Assembly: GCA_013239625.1 (NCBI GenBank)
Contig: MU054096.1
Span: 347,098 to 411,097 of the forward strand
Reading direction: 5' to 3'
Length of the DNA: 64,000 bases
From: Lama guanicoe
Lineage: Eukaryota
In this document: one piece after another, positions 36,340 to 48,815 of the stretch
Position numbering within the stretch: position 1 is the first letter of the stretch
How the letters are laid out: every line of letters begins with the position of its first letter
Notes under the pieces: generated by a model
Seen by the model: the letters and a program-made list of their open reading frames with translations, nothing else
Told to the model about the DNA's origin: nothing
Database searches by the model: none
Program-made: the position numbers and the translations under genes

Positions 36340-36618
36340 TTTTATTTTTTAATTTTTTATTTATTTAAAAAATTTTTTTAATTGAAGTACAGTCAGTTAC
36401 AATGTGTCAATCTCTGGTGCACAGCACAATGTCCCAGTCATGCATATACATACATGTATTCGTTTTCATATTCTTTTTCATCAAAGGTTATGACAAGATA
36501 TTAAATGTAGTTCTCTGTGCTCTACAGGAGAAATTTGTTTTTTTAAATCTATTTTTGTATATAGTGGCTAACAGTTGCAAATCTCAAACTCCCAACTTTA
36601 TCCCTTCCCACCCCCTTT
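36340..36618 (-). mobile_element. LINE-1 3' UTR fragment inserted at the end of a MIR (~36130-36330)
   Basis: TSD-like CAAAAGC(T/C)ATGT on both sides; (AAAAT)n at 36098-36126 precedes the MIR. Confidence 0.85.
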
Positions 36619-38172
36619 CAAAAGCCATGTGTTTAATTCACTTGACAGCTTCAAATGTTCATAAGGTGTATTTACTATTTATTTTTACAATTTAATCCAA
36701 ATGTATAGTTAGCTACGTATTAGTCTTCGGTTTATCACAGACTGCTCAAAGTAGCTATCTGTGCAAATTCTTTAGTGACAAAACCTGCATTCTTCACGGG
36801 CATGAGTCTGCAAAATGATGGATGTATATTCTCTTTGTAATTTTCAGCTTTTATAGAGAAAAGTGGTGGAAAGAGCAAAAAAAAATTAACAAACAACAGT
36901 AAAGGGAGCAAGAAAAATGTGCTGTCGGGTCAGAGTGACCTGAGTCTACGCCCTGGCCCTGGCTTTTGAGCAAGGTGAGAGTTTCTCCACCTGTGAGGGA
37001 GGCGCTCCTGCACGTGACCGCAGGTCAGGGATGCACTTGTGTATGTGAGGATCTTTCACAGAGCAGAAGCTGTTTAGCCCCCTGATGAAAACCTGGGGGT
37101 TTGGCGTCAGACAGACAGGGGTTTGAAACCCCCGCCCGCAGCGTACTGAGTCTGTGACTTCGGGCAAGTCAGTGTGAGAAGTCGATGAACTACTTTTGTA
37201 ACCTGTCAGGGTTGTGGTTACCAGGATGGTGCGGCTAGCTCTGCTCCCCTTCCTCTGCCAGCTCCTTCCACATCCTTCCTCCTGCGGGGAGAGGTGGCAA
37301 GCTCTGCCCATAGAAGCTTCCTCCTCATTTTGTTTTTTATCATGACTGGCATCTTCACACTTTGCTGCCATGGAAATTGCTCCTTGTTTCCTGGTACCCA
37401 TTTTGATGGTTATGCAGTAGCCCAGTGGTACGACTGTTTGCTGAACACATAATTTTGAGTGCCCGCTAGCCATTGAATGAGACATAGAGAATTTAACAGC
37501 CAGCTCCTGTCCTCATGGAATTTTCAAGCTCGTGAGATTTTGTGAATATCTTATAAACTCATGATAACTTCTCAAGACCCTACAGGGGCCATGATGTTAA
37601 TGTACCACAGAAGCACCCTCCAAAATATGACATTCAATTTAATAGGAGAAGGGAAACAGAAGAAGTGGTGTGTTTGGTTTGAAAAGTGAAAGATGAGAGA
37701 TTTTGAAGCTTTAATATTACTGTTTCATTATTATTTTTGCAGTCTGTGTTTTATTTTATTTTCAGCTTTATTGAGGTATAACTGATAAGTAAAATCATGA
37801 GATATTTAAAGTGTACAGCATGATGATTTGATAAATATATATATAGTGAGAGGATCCTATGGAGAGCGAACTGACACATGGATGGCGTTAATTAACACAT
37901 CCAGCACCTCACATATTTACCTTCTCTGTGAGAAAATTTAAGTTTTACATTCTTAGCAAATTTTCAATTATACCATACAGTTTTAGCAACTATGGTCCTA
38001 TGTTACACATTAGATCTTCAGATCCTGCTCAGCTTAAAACAGAAAGTTTATACTCTTTTATTAACCTCTCCTCATTTCCCACAGCCCCCAGCTCCTGGCA
38101 GCCACTTGTCCAATCTGTTTCTATGAGTTTGACTTTTTTTTTTTAGGTTCCACATATAAGTGATACTATATC

Positions 38173-38707
38173 CAATAGCCAAGACATGGAAACAACCTAA
38201 ATGTCCACCGACAGATGACTGGATAAAGAAACTGTGGAATATTTATACCATGGAATACTATTCAGCCATAAAAAGAATAAAACAATGCCGTTTGCAGCAA
38301 CATGGGTGGACCTGGAGATCATCATTCTAAGTGAAGTGAGCCAGAGAGAGAAAGAAAAATACCATATGATATCACTCATACATGGAATCTGAAAAAAGAA
38401 AAAAGAAGACACTAATGAACTCATTACAAGAAGAAATAGATTTGCAGACATAGTAAACAATCTTATGGTTACTGGGGGAAAGAGGATAGGAAGGGATAAA
38501 CTGGGAGTTTGAGATTTTTCAGATATTAACTACTATACATAAAAGTAGATAAAAAACAAATTTCTTCTATACAGCACAGGGAACTGTATTCAATATCTTG
38601 TAGTAAGCCAGAATGAAAAAGCATATGAAAATGAATGTATGTATATGTATGACTGGGACATGATGCTGGACACCAGAAATCAACACTTCATAACTGATTA
38701 TATTTCA

Positions 38708-38744
<37 letters not shown>
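38173..38744 (+). mobile_element. Nested LINE-1 3' fragment whose tail has become (TA)n(CA)n
   Basis: CAATAGCCAAGACATGGAAACAACCTAAATG...; TSD-like ATAAGTGAT on both sides. Confidence 0.88.
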
Positions 38745-40092
38745 TAAGTGATGCCATGCAGTGTTTGCCTAGCTCTGTCTGGCTTATTTCACTTAGAACA
38801 ATGCCCTCCAGTTTCATCTATGTTGTTACAAATGACAGGATTTCCTTCTTTTTTAAGGCTAAATAATATTCCATATATACCACATTTTCTTTATCCATTC
38901 ATCTGTTGATGGGCACGTAGGTTGTTTCCTCGTCTTAGTTATTATGAATAAAACTGCCATGAACATGGGGAGTAGATCTATACCTTTGAACTAATGGCTT
39001 TTTTTTTATAGATGTATGCATAAAAGTGGGCTTGCTGGAGCATATGGTGGTTCTATTTTTAATTTCTTGGGGACCCTCCATACTGGTTCCCACAGTGGCC
39101 AGTTTATGTTCCCACCAACAGTGCATAACAGATCCCTTTTCTCCACATTCTTGCCAGCATTTCTCTCTCGTCTTTTTGATAATAGCCATCCTAACAGGTA
39201 TGAGGTGGTATCTCATTGGAGTTTTGGTTTGCATTTCCCTGATGATTAGTGATGTTGAGCATCTTTTCATGTACCCATTGGCCATTTGTGTATCTTCTTT
39301 GGAAACGTATCTAGTCAGGTCCTTTGCCCATTTTTTAATTGGGTTACTGGGTGTTTTTGCTATTGAGGTGTATGAGTTCTTTGTATATTTGGGATATTAA
39401 CCCCTTATCAATCGTGTGGTTTGCAAATATTTTCTCCCACCCCATAGGTTGCCTTTGCATTTTGTTGTTGGGTTCCTTGGCTGTGCCGAAGCTTTTTAGT
39501 TTGATGTAGCCCCACTTGTTTAGTTTTGCTTTCGTTGCTTTTTCTTTGGTGTCAAATCCAAGACAATTGTTGCCTAGACCAACGTTAAGGAGATTTTTCC
39601 TGTGTTTTCTTCTGGGAGTGTTATGGTTTTAGGTCCTACATCAAGTCTTTAATCAGTTTTGAGTTGACCTTTGTAAGTGATGCAAGACAGGGGTCCAGTT
39701 TCTTTCTTTTGCATGTGGGTATCTGATTTTCCCGACACTATTTATGAAAGAAACTCTCTTTTTCCCATTGTTTATTTTTGGCTTTTTTCTTTTAAATGAA
39801 CTGACTCTATATACGGGTTTATTTCTGGGTTCTCTATAACGTTCCATTAATCTATGTCCTTCTTTATGTCAATACCATGCTGTCTGGATTACTAAGGCTT
39901 TGAAATCAGGAAGTATGACACCTCCGGTTTTATTCTTTTTTCTCAAGATTGTTTGCCCTTCAGGTTCTTCTGGTTCCATAGAAGTTTTAGAATTTTTTTT
40001 TTCTATTTCTGTGAAAAATGCTATTGGAATTTTGCATTGAATCTGTAGGTTGGTTTTGGTAGTATGGACATTTTAAAATGTTAACTTTTCCA

Positions 40093-40436
40093 AGAACAAA
40101 AAAAAAGGACACTATGAACTCATTTACAAAACAGAAGCAGACTCGCAGGCTTAGTAAACAGTCTTATGGTTACCAGGGAAAGGGGGTGGGAGGGGATACA
40201 TTTTGGGAGTTTGAAATTTACAAATGTTAGCCACTATAAATAAAAATAGATTTTTAAAAAAGTTTATTTTGTATAACATAGGGAACTATGTTCAATATCT
40301 TGCAATAACCTTTAATGGAAAAAATATGAAAATGAATATATGTCTGTATATGCATGACTGGGACACTGTGCTGTACACCAGAGATTAACACACTGTAACT
40401 GACTGAACGCCAATAAAAATAAAATAAAATAAAATG
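40093..40436 (+). mobile_element. Nested LINE-1 3' UTR fragment
   Basis: GGACACTATGAACTC...CTGTAACTGACTG with an (AAAAT)n tail. Confidence 0.88.
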
Positions 40437-42403
40437 CAACCCCCTCAAACAATTTTCCATTCTACGAATATGAAATACATTTCCATTTATTTGTATCTTT
40501 GATTTCTTTCATCAATGTCTGAAGCTTTAAAATTGTCAGTGAAAGAAATTCCTGGATATACAGAGGTATAAAACTTCTTTTATTTTACTGTATCTTTTTC
40601 TTTTCTTCCATCGGCTCGTTTCCAAAAGGCATGTGAAATACAGAATGTACAAGATAAACACACATAACAAAAACAGCAACAAGAACCAAGCAAAAGAAAA
40701 GGTGATTTCCTAACTGAAGTAAAGGAAATCAGAGTAGATAAATTGAAATATTGGAGTAACGTCCAAGTAAGGTTTAAAAAGTTAGAATTCCAAATGCAGA
40801 CTGTAAGGACTGTATTCTATACAGATGTATGGCCAGACGTTTAGATCTGCTCTGATTAGTGGCAGGGAACAAGCTTTGTCCCATGATTTGCAGGACAAAG
40901 CCCATAAAAGCAAAAACGGCTGCTTGGAAGAAGCCCAAGTGTTCTTGGTACTGAGACAGAACAAATTTCTTCTGTGAGTCCCTTGAGGAAATAATAACGT
41001 TGGTGTTTATAAATGTTCATTTCTGTTGTCAGACTTACCACCTGTAGGAACTTGAATACAGGAGGTTTGTGAAGAGGACATTTCTGAGTCTCCTCATTTT
41101 CGGTTGTTCTCTGATAAGGCCATGTGTTCCCTTATGACAGACTTATCTAGATACTTACTGGTCAGGATGGGGGATGTGGCTTCTTGACGGCACCAGAGGG
41201 CACAGAGAGAGCTGCCCAACGTCCATCCTCGTCCCGGAGATCTGGCTATAGGAGGCAGGTCTGACCAGTCCTCTTCCTGCTGGAACCCCAGGGGTAGTCA
41301 GCTGGTTACAGGACAGCAGGTGACCAAGTTGTCCTGGCCTGTGAGCTACAGACCGTTTGTACTCAAGGAACCACCTCTCTTTCTGTCTGTTGCTCCTGAC
41401 ACTCTACTTAAGCCTTGGGACCATCCATTCTATTTTTTTAATTGAAGTACAGTCAGATATGTATGTATATACAAGACTGGGACATTGCGCTGGACACCAG
41501 AAATTGATGCATTGTAATTGACACATTGTAATTGACTGTACTCCAGTAAAAAATAAAAATAAAAAATAAAATGTTGCACCAAGGGAAAAAAAAGGTATAG
41601 TCAGTTTAGAGTGCCCTTAGGTATAGAGTGCCTTTACAGGAAGCAGTGGTCGAGGGCGTGTGTGCCCTCTGGCCGGAGTCAGAATCCTGGCACCGTGACA
41701 GTTTATTCATCCTCACTAGAACTCAGTCTCCTCGTGTATACAATAGGGAAAAATAATGGCACCTGCCTCCCTCATGAGGTAAAGCAGTCAATAAATGAGC
41801 TCCATTATTATTACTTAGTAACACTCACAGCATTCTAAAACTAAGATGGATCTTAGAAACCATCGCTTTTTAACCTGGTTGATAGCATCTTTTGATGTAA
41901 AATTTTCCCCACACTGGACAAAAGGTTTCCAGTCACACTTTGCATCTAGGCCTGTCTGTACAAATTGCCTTAAATATTTCAGGTTGAAGAATATTGGAGA
42001 CCTAAGTAGGTTAGCAACTAAGCTTGGATTCATTACCTCTTAAAATAACGTTTCCTGACAAGGGTCTAATACAAGTAAAAATAACCATAGAAGAGTCCTT
42101 TACGCCGACTGATTCATATCCTACTTAAAAGTGGTCACAGTGCGTCAATGCCAGCCATGAACCTGGTTTCCATTTCAGACAGGAAATGCCTTGAATGTGG
42201 AATATTCTTTCCTGTCTCTCTTCTCATCCGGCATCGCCGAGGGCAGTACGAGGCTCGGTGGGGCCGCCCAGGGGACCCGCAGAGAAACAACAGGCTGGCA
42301 TCTAATTGGACTAAGGAGTTTAGGGGGCAGCCAGCAGAAGTTCAGATGGGGGATACCAGGGACTAAGCCGGCTGTAGGATACAGCAGAGGTTGTGGAACC
42401 AAG

Positions 42404-42748
42404 TGTCTTGGTCCGTTCAGGCTGCTGTAACAAAAACACCATGGACTGGGTGGTGTAAACAACATTCATTTCTCACGTTTGGAGGCTGGGAAGTCCACAA
42501 TCAAGGCGCGGGCAGACTCTGGGTCTGGGGAGCCTGTTTCCTGGTTCATAGACGGCCGTCTTCTGGCTGTGTTCTTACATAGAGAAGGGGTGAGGGTCTC
42601 CTTTCTAAGGGCACTCATCCCATTCTTGGAGGCCCCCACCCTAACCACCTAATCACCTCCCAATGGCCCTGCCTTCAAATATCACCACATTTGGGATTGG
42701 ATCTCAGCATATAAATTTGGGCTGGACTTAAAGATTCAGCTTATAGCA
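42404..42748 (-). mobile_element. MLT1A-like MaLR solo LTR
   Basis: TG...CA termini with a near-perfect 5-bp TSD (CCAAG/CCATG); GGAGGCTGGGAAGTCC and CCTAATCACCTCCCAA motifs. Confidence 0.85.
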
Positions 42749-42801
42749 CCATGTCTCTAAGAAAGCAGACATCCTTGACGTCGGTCTGTTTTGATCAGAG
42801 T

Positions 42802-42931
42802 AATTATTCAGGAGGTAATTTTAGGGTTTTGTTTGTTTGTTTGTTTTTTTAAACAGAGATACTGGGGATTGAACCCAGGACCTTGTGCATGCTAGGCATG
42901 TGCTCTACCACTGAGCTGTACCCTCCCCTCC
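42802..42931 (-). mobile_element. Vic-1-like SINE
   Basis: TSD GATCAGAGT at 42793 and 42932. Confidence 0.9.
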
Positions 42932-43301
42932 GATCAGAGTTTATTCTTAACAAAGGCATAGGTCATCTCATAAAGGCTGCATTTATTGATCTAACACAGG
43001 CATGTTGAGTCATGGCGCTGAATGATCTGAGAGGGCCCACCGAGCTCCCAGACCTTCCTGGGGACGGGGAAACACTTTCAAAAAGGCATTTCAAATAGTC
43101 CAGGGATAATCACTGTTCTTACTCCTTTCAAGATCCAACTGTTAAGAAAAACCTATGTGAGTGAATCTCACAGACATAATGCTGGGAGCTGGATAGTAAT
43201 TGGGAGGGAAATGAGGAGGGCTTTTGGGTTTTAGGTAATGTTTTGCTTCATCTGGATGTTCGCTACCTGGGTGTGTTTACATCTCAAAAATTCATCGAAG
43301 C

Positions 43302-43422
43302 GGGCAGGGTACAGCTCAGTGGTAAGGTTTGTACCTAGCGTGCATGAGGTCCTGGGTTCAATCCTCAGGACATCCATCAACTAACTAACTAAATAAATAA
43401 ACCTAATTCCTCCCCCCCCCCA
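43302..43422 (+). mobile_element. Vic-1-like SINE within an old L1M 3' fragment
   Basis: GGGTACAGCTCAGTGGT...GTCCTGGGTTCAATCC head and AACCTAATTCCTCCCC tail. Confidence 0.88.
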
Positions 43423-45403
43423 ATTCTTTTAGCTGTATACTTACGTGTGCACTTTTCAGTATGCGTGTTCCTTAAAATAAAGACATATACTTTAAAGATG
43501 GACTATGAATTTAAATACCATGTGTATTACACATAAATATTTGTGGAACTTGTGTAATTATGTCTGTATTATTTGAGTGGTAGGGTTTTTGAATGTTTAC
43601 TTATTTGTGACACTGTTTTTATAATACGATTTGTGCAACAGGTAATTACAATGAAAAACAGACAATTTGTTATAGCTTTTGCCTCCAAATGGATCCAAAT
43701 TCCCCCGAAAGATACCTTAGACAGTAGCATAGAAGAGGAACAAGCTAGCCGTGGGTGAACCAGAGCCGATGATAATGGGAAACGTTAACACTGTATTTTT
43801 ACATACAAAGTCACATCCTGCACTTACATGTTGCGCTGCCGCAGGGTGTGCTGCTATCCGGAGCCACAGGACGTTCATCTTGGAAAGGGCTTTACAGTGT
43901 ACCGAGCCCACCTCCTTCATCGCACAGGGAGGAGAGGAACAAAGTTACAGTGTCGCACAGGCTGGTGCTGGCAGGGTTGGGGCAAGAATGCAGCTTCCCT
44001 GACTGTTCTTCTTCCAAATCAGCCCCTTGCGGCCTCCGTGGGTTTCTGCAAAGCCGTGACGGAGGCCAGGGCCAAGGGCCAAACAGCCTCACTGGGTAGA
44101 CAGTTTGAAAAAGTTCGCGATTCTCCGCACCTCTCTGAAGTCACACCCCTTTGAGCTGTGATTTTCCAATTTCTCCTTTCAAGAGGTGGCACATCTTCTC
44201 GACCCCTTAAGATGGCTTTAATCGTGAGACCTGCCCTGATCAGTAGAATGAGGCAGAGACGGGGCTGTGCCAGCTGGGACCTGGGTCTCCAGAAGCTCCG
44301 AGCAGCTCGGCCTTGGGTATGGAATCCCGCCAGCCAGCGGGGCAGCGACCTGGGGCCAGCCTATTGGAAGCTGAGAGACCACGTGGAGCAGAGGTGAGCT
44401 CTTCCAGCCCCGGCAGATTCAGCCCAATTGCTGACGCACAGAATTGTGGGTTAAACAAGAATGTCTTAAGCTACCAGGTTTTAGGGTGGTTTACCCCACA
44501 TCCAAAGGGAATGGACACGTCCCATCAACTGGCCATCGGGCTGTGTCTCATTCATCAGTAGCGTTGAAAATTGGTGTCCTTTTTTTCTCCCCCATTTCAT
44601 TTTTTTGGATTTTTAAAATTTAAAATTCAAGTTCTTTTCTCCCCATTTAAAAGGAGGAAACCTCTGACAATGAAAGATACAAATTCTGAGGCATGGGTGA
44701 GCTGCATCTTCTCAAATAAGGTCTGGACTCGTGCGCCTTCCCTGTAAGACCTCTGGACAGTGGACATCACTTGGGACGCTGGTGTCCATCCATCCCTGTT
44801 TCCTTCTCACTCAAGACAAACAGATCCAAATATCACACATGATCTGCCCTTTCCCTTTCTCCTTTATCACCACTCAGGGCTGAGGCGGACCCCTTACAAC
44901 CCCTTTTCATTAGGGTTGCTCGTCACTGTAAAGGAAGGTCAGTGTGACCAACTCTAGTCGTGGTTGGTAGCTCAGCATCTCGCCCTGAGAAACACTTGCG
45001 GGCTTGGCAGATGCCCGGGAGAGATGTTCTCCGTTCCTGTAGGTGAGCGATTGAGCGGAGGTATATTTCTTTCCAGCGAAGTCAGCATTCATTCTGACCT
45101 TTTCCTGCTATCCTGCCCACTTTGAGAGCACAGTGTGCGCTCTGATGGCCACCATGGCCCTGAGCCAGAGGGAGGGAAGTCTCACCATATTGTTGTCAGA
45201 GCAGATAAGCAGTGGGGCACATGAAAGGGAAACGCTCCAGGATTGCGGGCTGCCTGGGCTCAGACGCTCTCCGGATCCAGCTAAGGGGACTAATGGAAGC
45301 CATAAAACTCACTCTCATTAGTGACTCTCAGGCTCCCAGCAGCCCGGCAGGAGGGTGGCCGAGCCACCAGCCAACTGCAGTGGCTTCTACTTCCTTTTCT
45401 GAA

Positions 45404-45476
45404 ACACACACACTGTGCACATGTGCACGTGCACACACACACACACACACACACTCTTACACATGCACACACAACA
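45404..45476. repeat. Imperfect (CA)n microsatellite
   Basis: Direct inspection. Confidence 0.9.
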
Positions 45477-45604
45477 CTGTCTCACTTCAAAGTGAGACAG
45501 CTTTCAGTATAGTTGCTGCTATATGAGGTCAATGAAGAATGCTAACCAGGGGCTTTGGTCCCCATACTTTTTATTAGTTTTTTTCTTTTTTGTGTGTGTA
45601 CATG

Positions 45605-45800
45605 CATATTTTTATTGAAGTATAGTCAGTTTCCAATGTTGTGTCAATTTCCAGTGTATATCATCATGCTTCAGTCATACGCGAACATACACATATGCTC
45701 GTTTTCATCTTCTTTTTCATTATAGGTTACTGTAAGATATTGAATATAGTTCCCTGTGCTCTACAGTATAAACTTGTTTATTTTATATATAGTAGTTAGT
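45605..45800 (-). mobile_element. LINE-1 3' terminal fragment
   Basis: TTTATTGAAGTATAGTCAGTTT...ATAGTTCCCTGTGCT. Confidence 0.85.
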
Positions 45801-46587
45801 GTTAGTTTTTTTTATGCTTTGGTTTCCACCCCACAGAAGAGTGTAGGGCACCTAATGTGCGCGAGGCCGTGTGCCCAGTGCAACCAGGAGGGCTAAGGGG
45901 GACAATGAACAGCCTGCAAGGCGGTGAGAGGCTATGACACAGCACAACAAGACGTCTAGGCAAAGACGTTGATTATAAAAACTGCTATTCAGAGGGGAAG
46001 TGTCCTGGCTGCGGGGGGCAGGTCAGAGTGCTTCTTTACGTGGGAAATCCAAATTCTGCTGACATTTGGGCTCTCCCTTCTCTTCCTGATTATAATGGTT
46101 TTTCTTAGTGCTTGGAAATGTCATCCTCTGCCAACCAATTCTGATACAAATAGACTGACCCCACAGGGCTGGACACCTCCAGAGACAGGGGCCCCTGGAC
46201 AAGGTGGTGCCAGGGACAAAGAGGCACAATTAGAGCAAGAGGATGAACACAAACACTGTCAGAGACAGTGAAGGAAGGAGACTGGAGATGCAGAACTGGT
46301 CATCCAGCATATAGTCTAACCCTAAAGGGGTTACAATTTGGTTCCCCTTTGTGAGGTACACCTCTCCTTCATGGACCCTCCTGTTCTCACTTGCCAAGTC
46401 ACATTAGAACCCTCCTTGAAAATGCTCTGGGACTGATTTTAGCCCCCAGGTAGACCAGGATAAATTAGAAAACAAAACGAAAGTCTAATTTTAACATCTG
46501 ATTTTTCTACCCCACCTACTCCCCACTCCTTCCGCCAAGGAAAGGCTACATTCAGGTTTCTGATGATCCACTAAAATTGATTAGAAA

Positions 46588-47137
46588 TGAGACAAGAGGG
46601 AAGGAGGGCAGGGCACAGCCATTATAGGAATGACACTGCAATTAGCGCCAAGATGGTGGAGAACTCAACTTGAGGCCCAAGATGGCAGGAGATCTGACTC
46701 CCAGTGGACCGTGACTTTCATTACATGCTCATTGTAATATATTAACGTAGTAAATGGCACGCCTACAGGCGTCATGACAGTTCCCAGGCTGACCATAGAA
46801 GGTCAAAAATTGGGTGGTGGCCCAATTCCTGGGAATCGCGGCCCCTTCCCCAAAGTAGTTGGAATAATCCTCCTACTTATTTGCATCTGAAGTTACAAAG
46901 CCCATAAAAACTAGCAACACCGCAGCTTACAGTCTCCCACTCCCTTGTCTTCAGAGCTGGCCCACGCTCTGTCTATGGAGTGTGCATCTCCCTGAATAAA
47001 TCTGCTTTTACTCAACTGTGACACGCTCTTGAATTCTTTCCTGCAGGAAGCCAAGGACCCTCACTTGGCAGGGCTTCCCAGGGATTCACCCGAGACCTGG
47101 AACACGACCATCCTCCCTGCCCCATTCTCCTATATCA
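46588..47137 (+). mobile_element. Complete class-I ERV solo LTR, MER41-like (550 bp)
   Basis: TG...CA termini with 4-bp TSD GAAA (46584-46587 and 47138-47141); CAAGATGG motifs; TATA-like CATAAAAA at ~46903; AATAAA at 46995-47000; central block collinear with the MER41 consensus as recalled. Confidence 0.85.
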
Positions 47138-48607
47138 GAAAGACACTGGATGCAGAGGTAGGTAGGTGAGTTTTATGAGAGGAAAGGCAAGAAGTTTTGA
47201 AGGAGGAGTATTGGAAGCTCTGGAGGTTCCCCCCAAACTGGGAAGTGGATGAGATGTGGAACACAGTGCTCCAGGGGGAGGCATTTCAGTGGAGAACTAT
47301 CAGCTGAATCACATTTGCAGCAGCTTCCAGAATTGGCAGGAATCCCCACGCCACAGCTTTGGCCGGCAGCATTGATGTGCCATGTCCTTTCTGAACATTT
47401 CTAAGGGAACCATTTATACTGTTGTCTATGGTGACTGGCATCCTCTGCAGCTGGTTACCATAGCAACCCCGTAGGGACCGCCTGGGTCACGAGCACATGG
47501 GTGGAAACCAGTGCCAGGGGCTAATGCTCCAGGCTGCCTCCTCCTCAGGACGCCTGGGGAGGGGCTGGTGGCTGGGGCGGGGAGGCGGGGTGCTGGTGGC
47601 TGTGGTCGGCACTTCTACAGACTATGAATCCATTTCTCTAGAACCCAGAAGGAGGGGCGTTCACAGCCTGTAAAAATTTGATTTCTCAAAGTGAAAAAAA
47701 GAGGCTATTTCTTCACCTGAAGAAAATTCACAGTTTTGTTCCTTGATGGGAATCCCAAATGATTCTTTTGTGTCCATTTTTGCTGCTGACTCACAGCAGG
47801 TGCTCAGTGGCTAACGACTCATTCAGAGACATGAGTGTCCTTTTTCAGAGTCACAAAAAGAAACACGGGCCATTTGAGGAAAATGAAGTCTCAGGAGACC
47901 AAAAACATGGCTTCCATAATTAGACCCACTTTTTTTCCAAATTGTAATATATTACATTATATATGTATATAATATATATATGTTACCCCTGCTCATAATT
48001 TTCAACTATTCTTTTCTATGGTCAAAAAATATATTGAAAAACCTTATTGGAGTCAAGAGTGTGAAAAATATATTTGCCAAAGTTACCATAATTTAAGGTA
48101 GGTGTTAATTAATTCCAGCAGATGCAGCAGAAAAAATGCCTACAATAAAACTGTACAGTAAGTGCCTACAATTTGGTTTTAACTTCCTTTTGTCACTAAG
48201 CTATCTGTTTAACAACTTTCTCCATCTATTTCCAATTATTTCACCCCCCTAAACACAGAGGGGCAGCACAGATAATATCTATCCATCTTTTTGATTTTGT
48301 TACGCACTCAAGCTACTTATGATGGAATGCAGGACTGGGTGTCATCCACCCCCAAGCTAGCTGGGCCACTGTCATCCTTCAGATCAGCCAGAAATACGCA
48401 CTTTCCCAACTACCCATCCGGCAGGTAAGGGAGAAAGAGACTTCTGCAAGCAGATGTCCCCTGCCCTAGAGGCTGCCTGACAAGCCACACAGAAAACCAG
48501 TATCGGTGATCCTTGTCTCCTGATGGGATGTGGCAGAGACCCTGCAGTGGGGGACTGAGGGGTTTAGTGAGGTGGGCGGGAGCCGGACCTGGCAGATTCT
48601 TCTAAAC

Positions 48608-48815
48608 CAGCTTTCTCAAGCTCAGCGCTGTTACCATTTTAGGTGAGATGAATCTTGGACTGTGGCCATGTCCTGGGTATTGGAAGATTTTTAACAGCAT
48701 CCCTGGGCTCGGCTCAAGTAGACACCTATAAGCAGCACCCATGATTATTTCAATAAAAATGTCTCCGGGTATTTCCTGGAAGGGGTGTCAGATCACCCCC
48801 AGTTAAGATCCAGGA
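48608..48815. mobile_element. MER20-like hAT-Charlie element
   Basis: TTTCTCAAG...AACAGCATCCCTGG...AAAAATGTCTCC...ATCACCCCCAGTTAAGA. Confidence 0.7.

Larger units (their letters stand above)
37745..40520 (-). mobile_element. Older LINE-1 (3' ORF2 and 3' UTR) split by two younger opposite-strand L1 insertions
   Basis: Minus-strand ORF2 peptides ([19 protein letters not shown]); continuity resumes at ~38745 and ~40455. Confidence 0.88.

Noticed and set aside
36946..37485. 179-aa minus-strand ORF
   Set aside because: Runs through MIR/L2 relics; no homology recognised.
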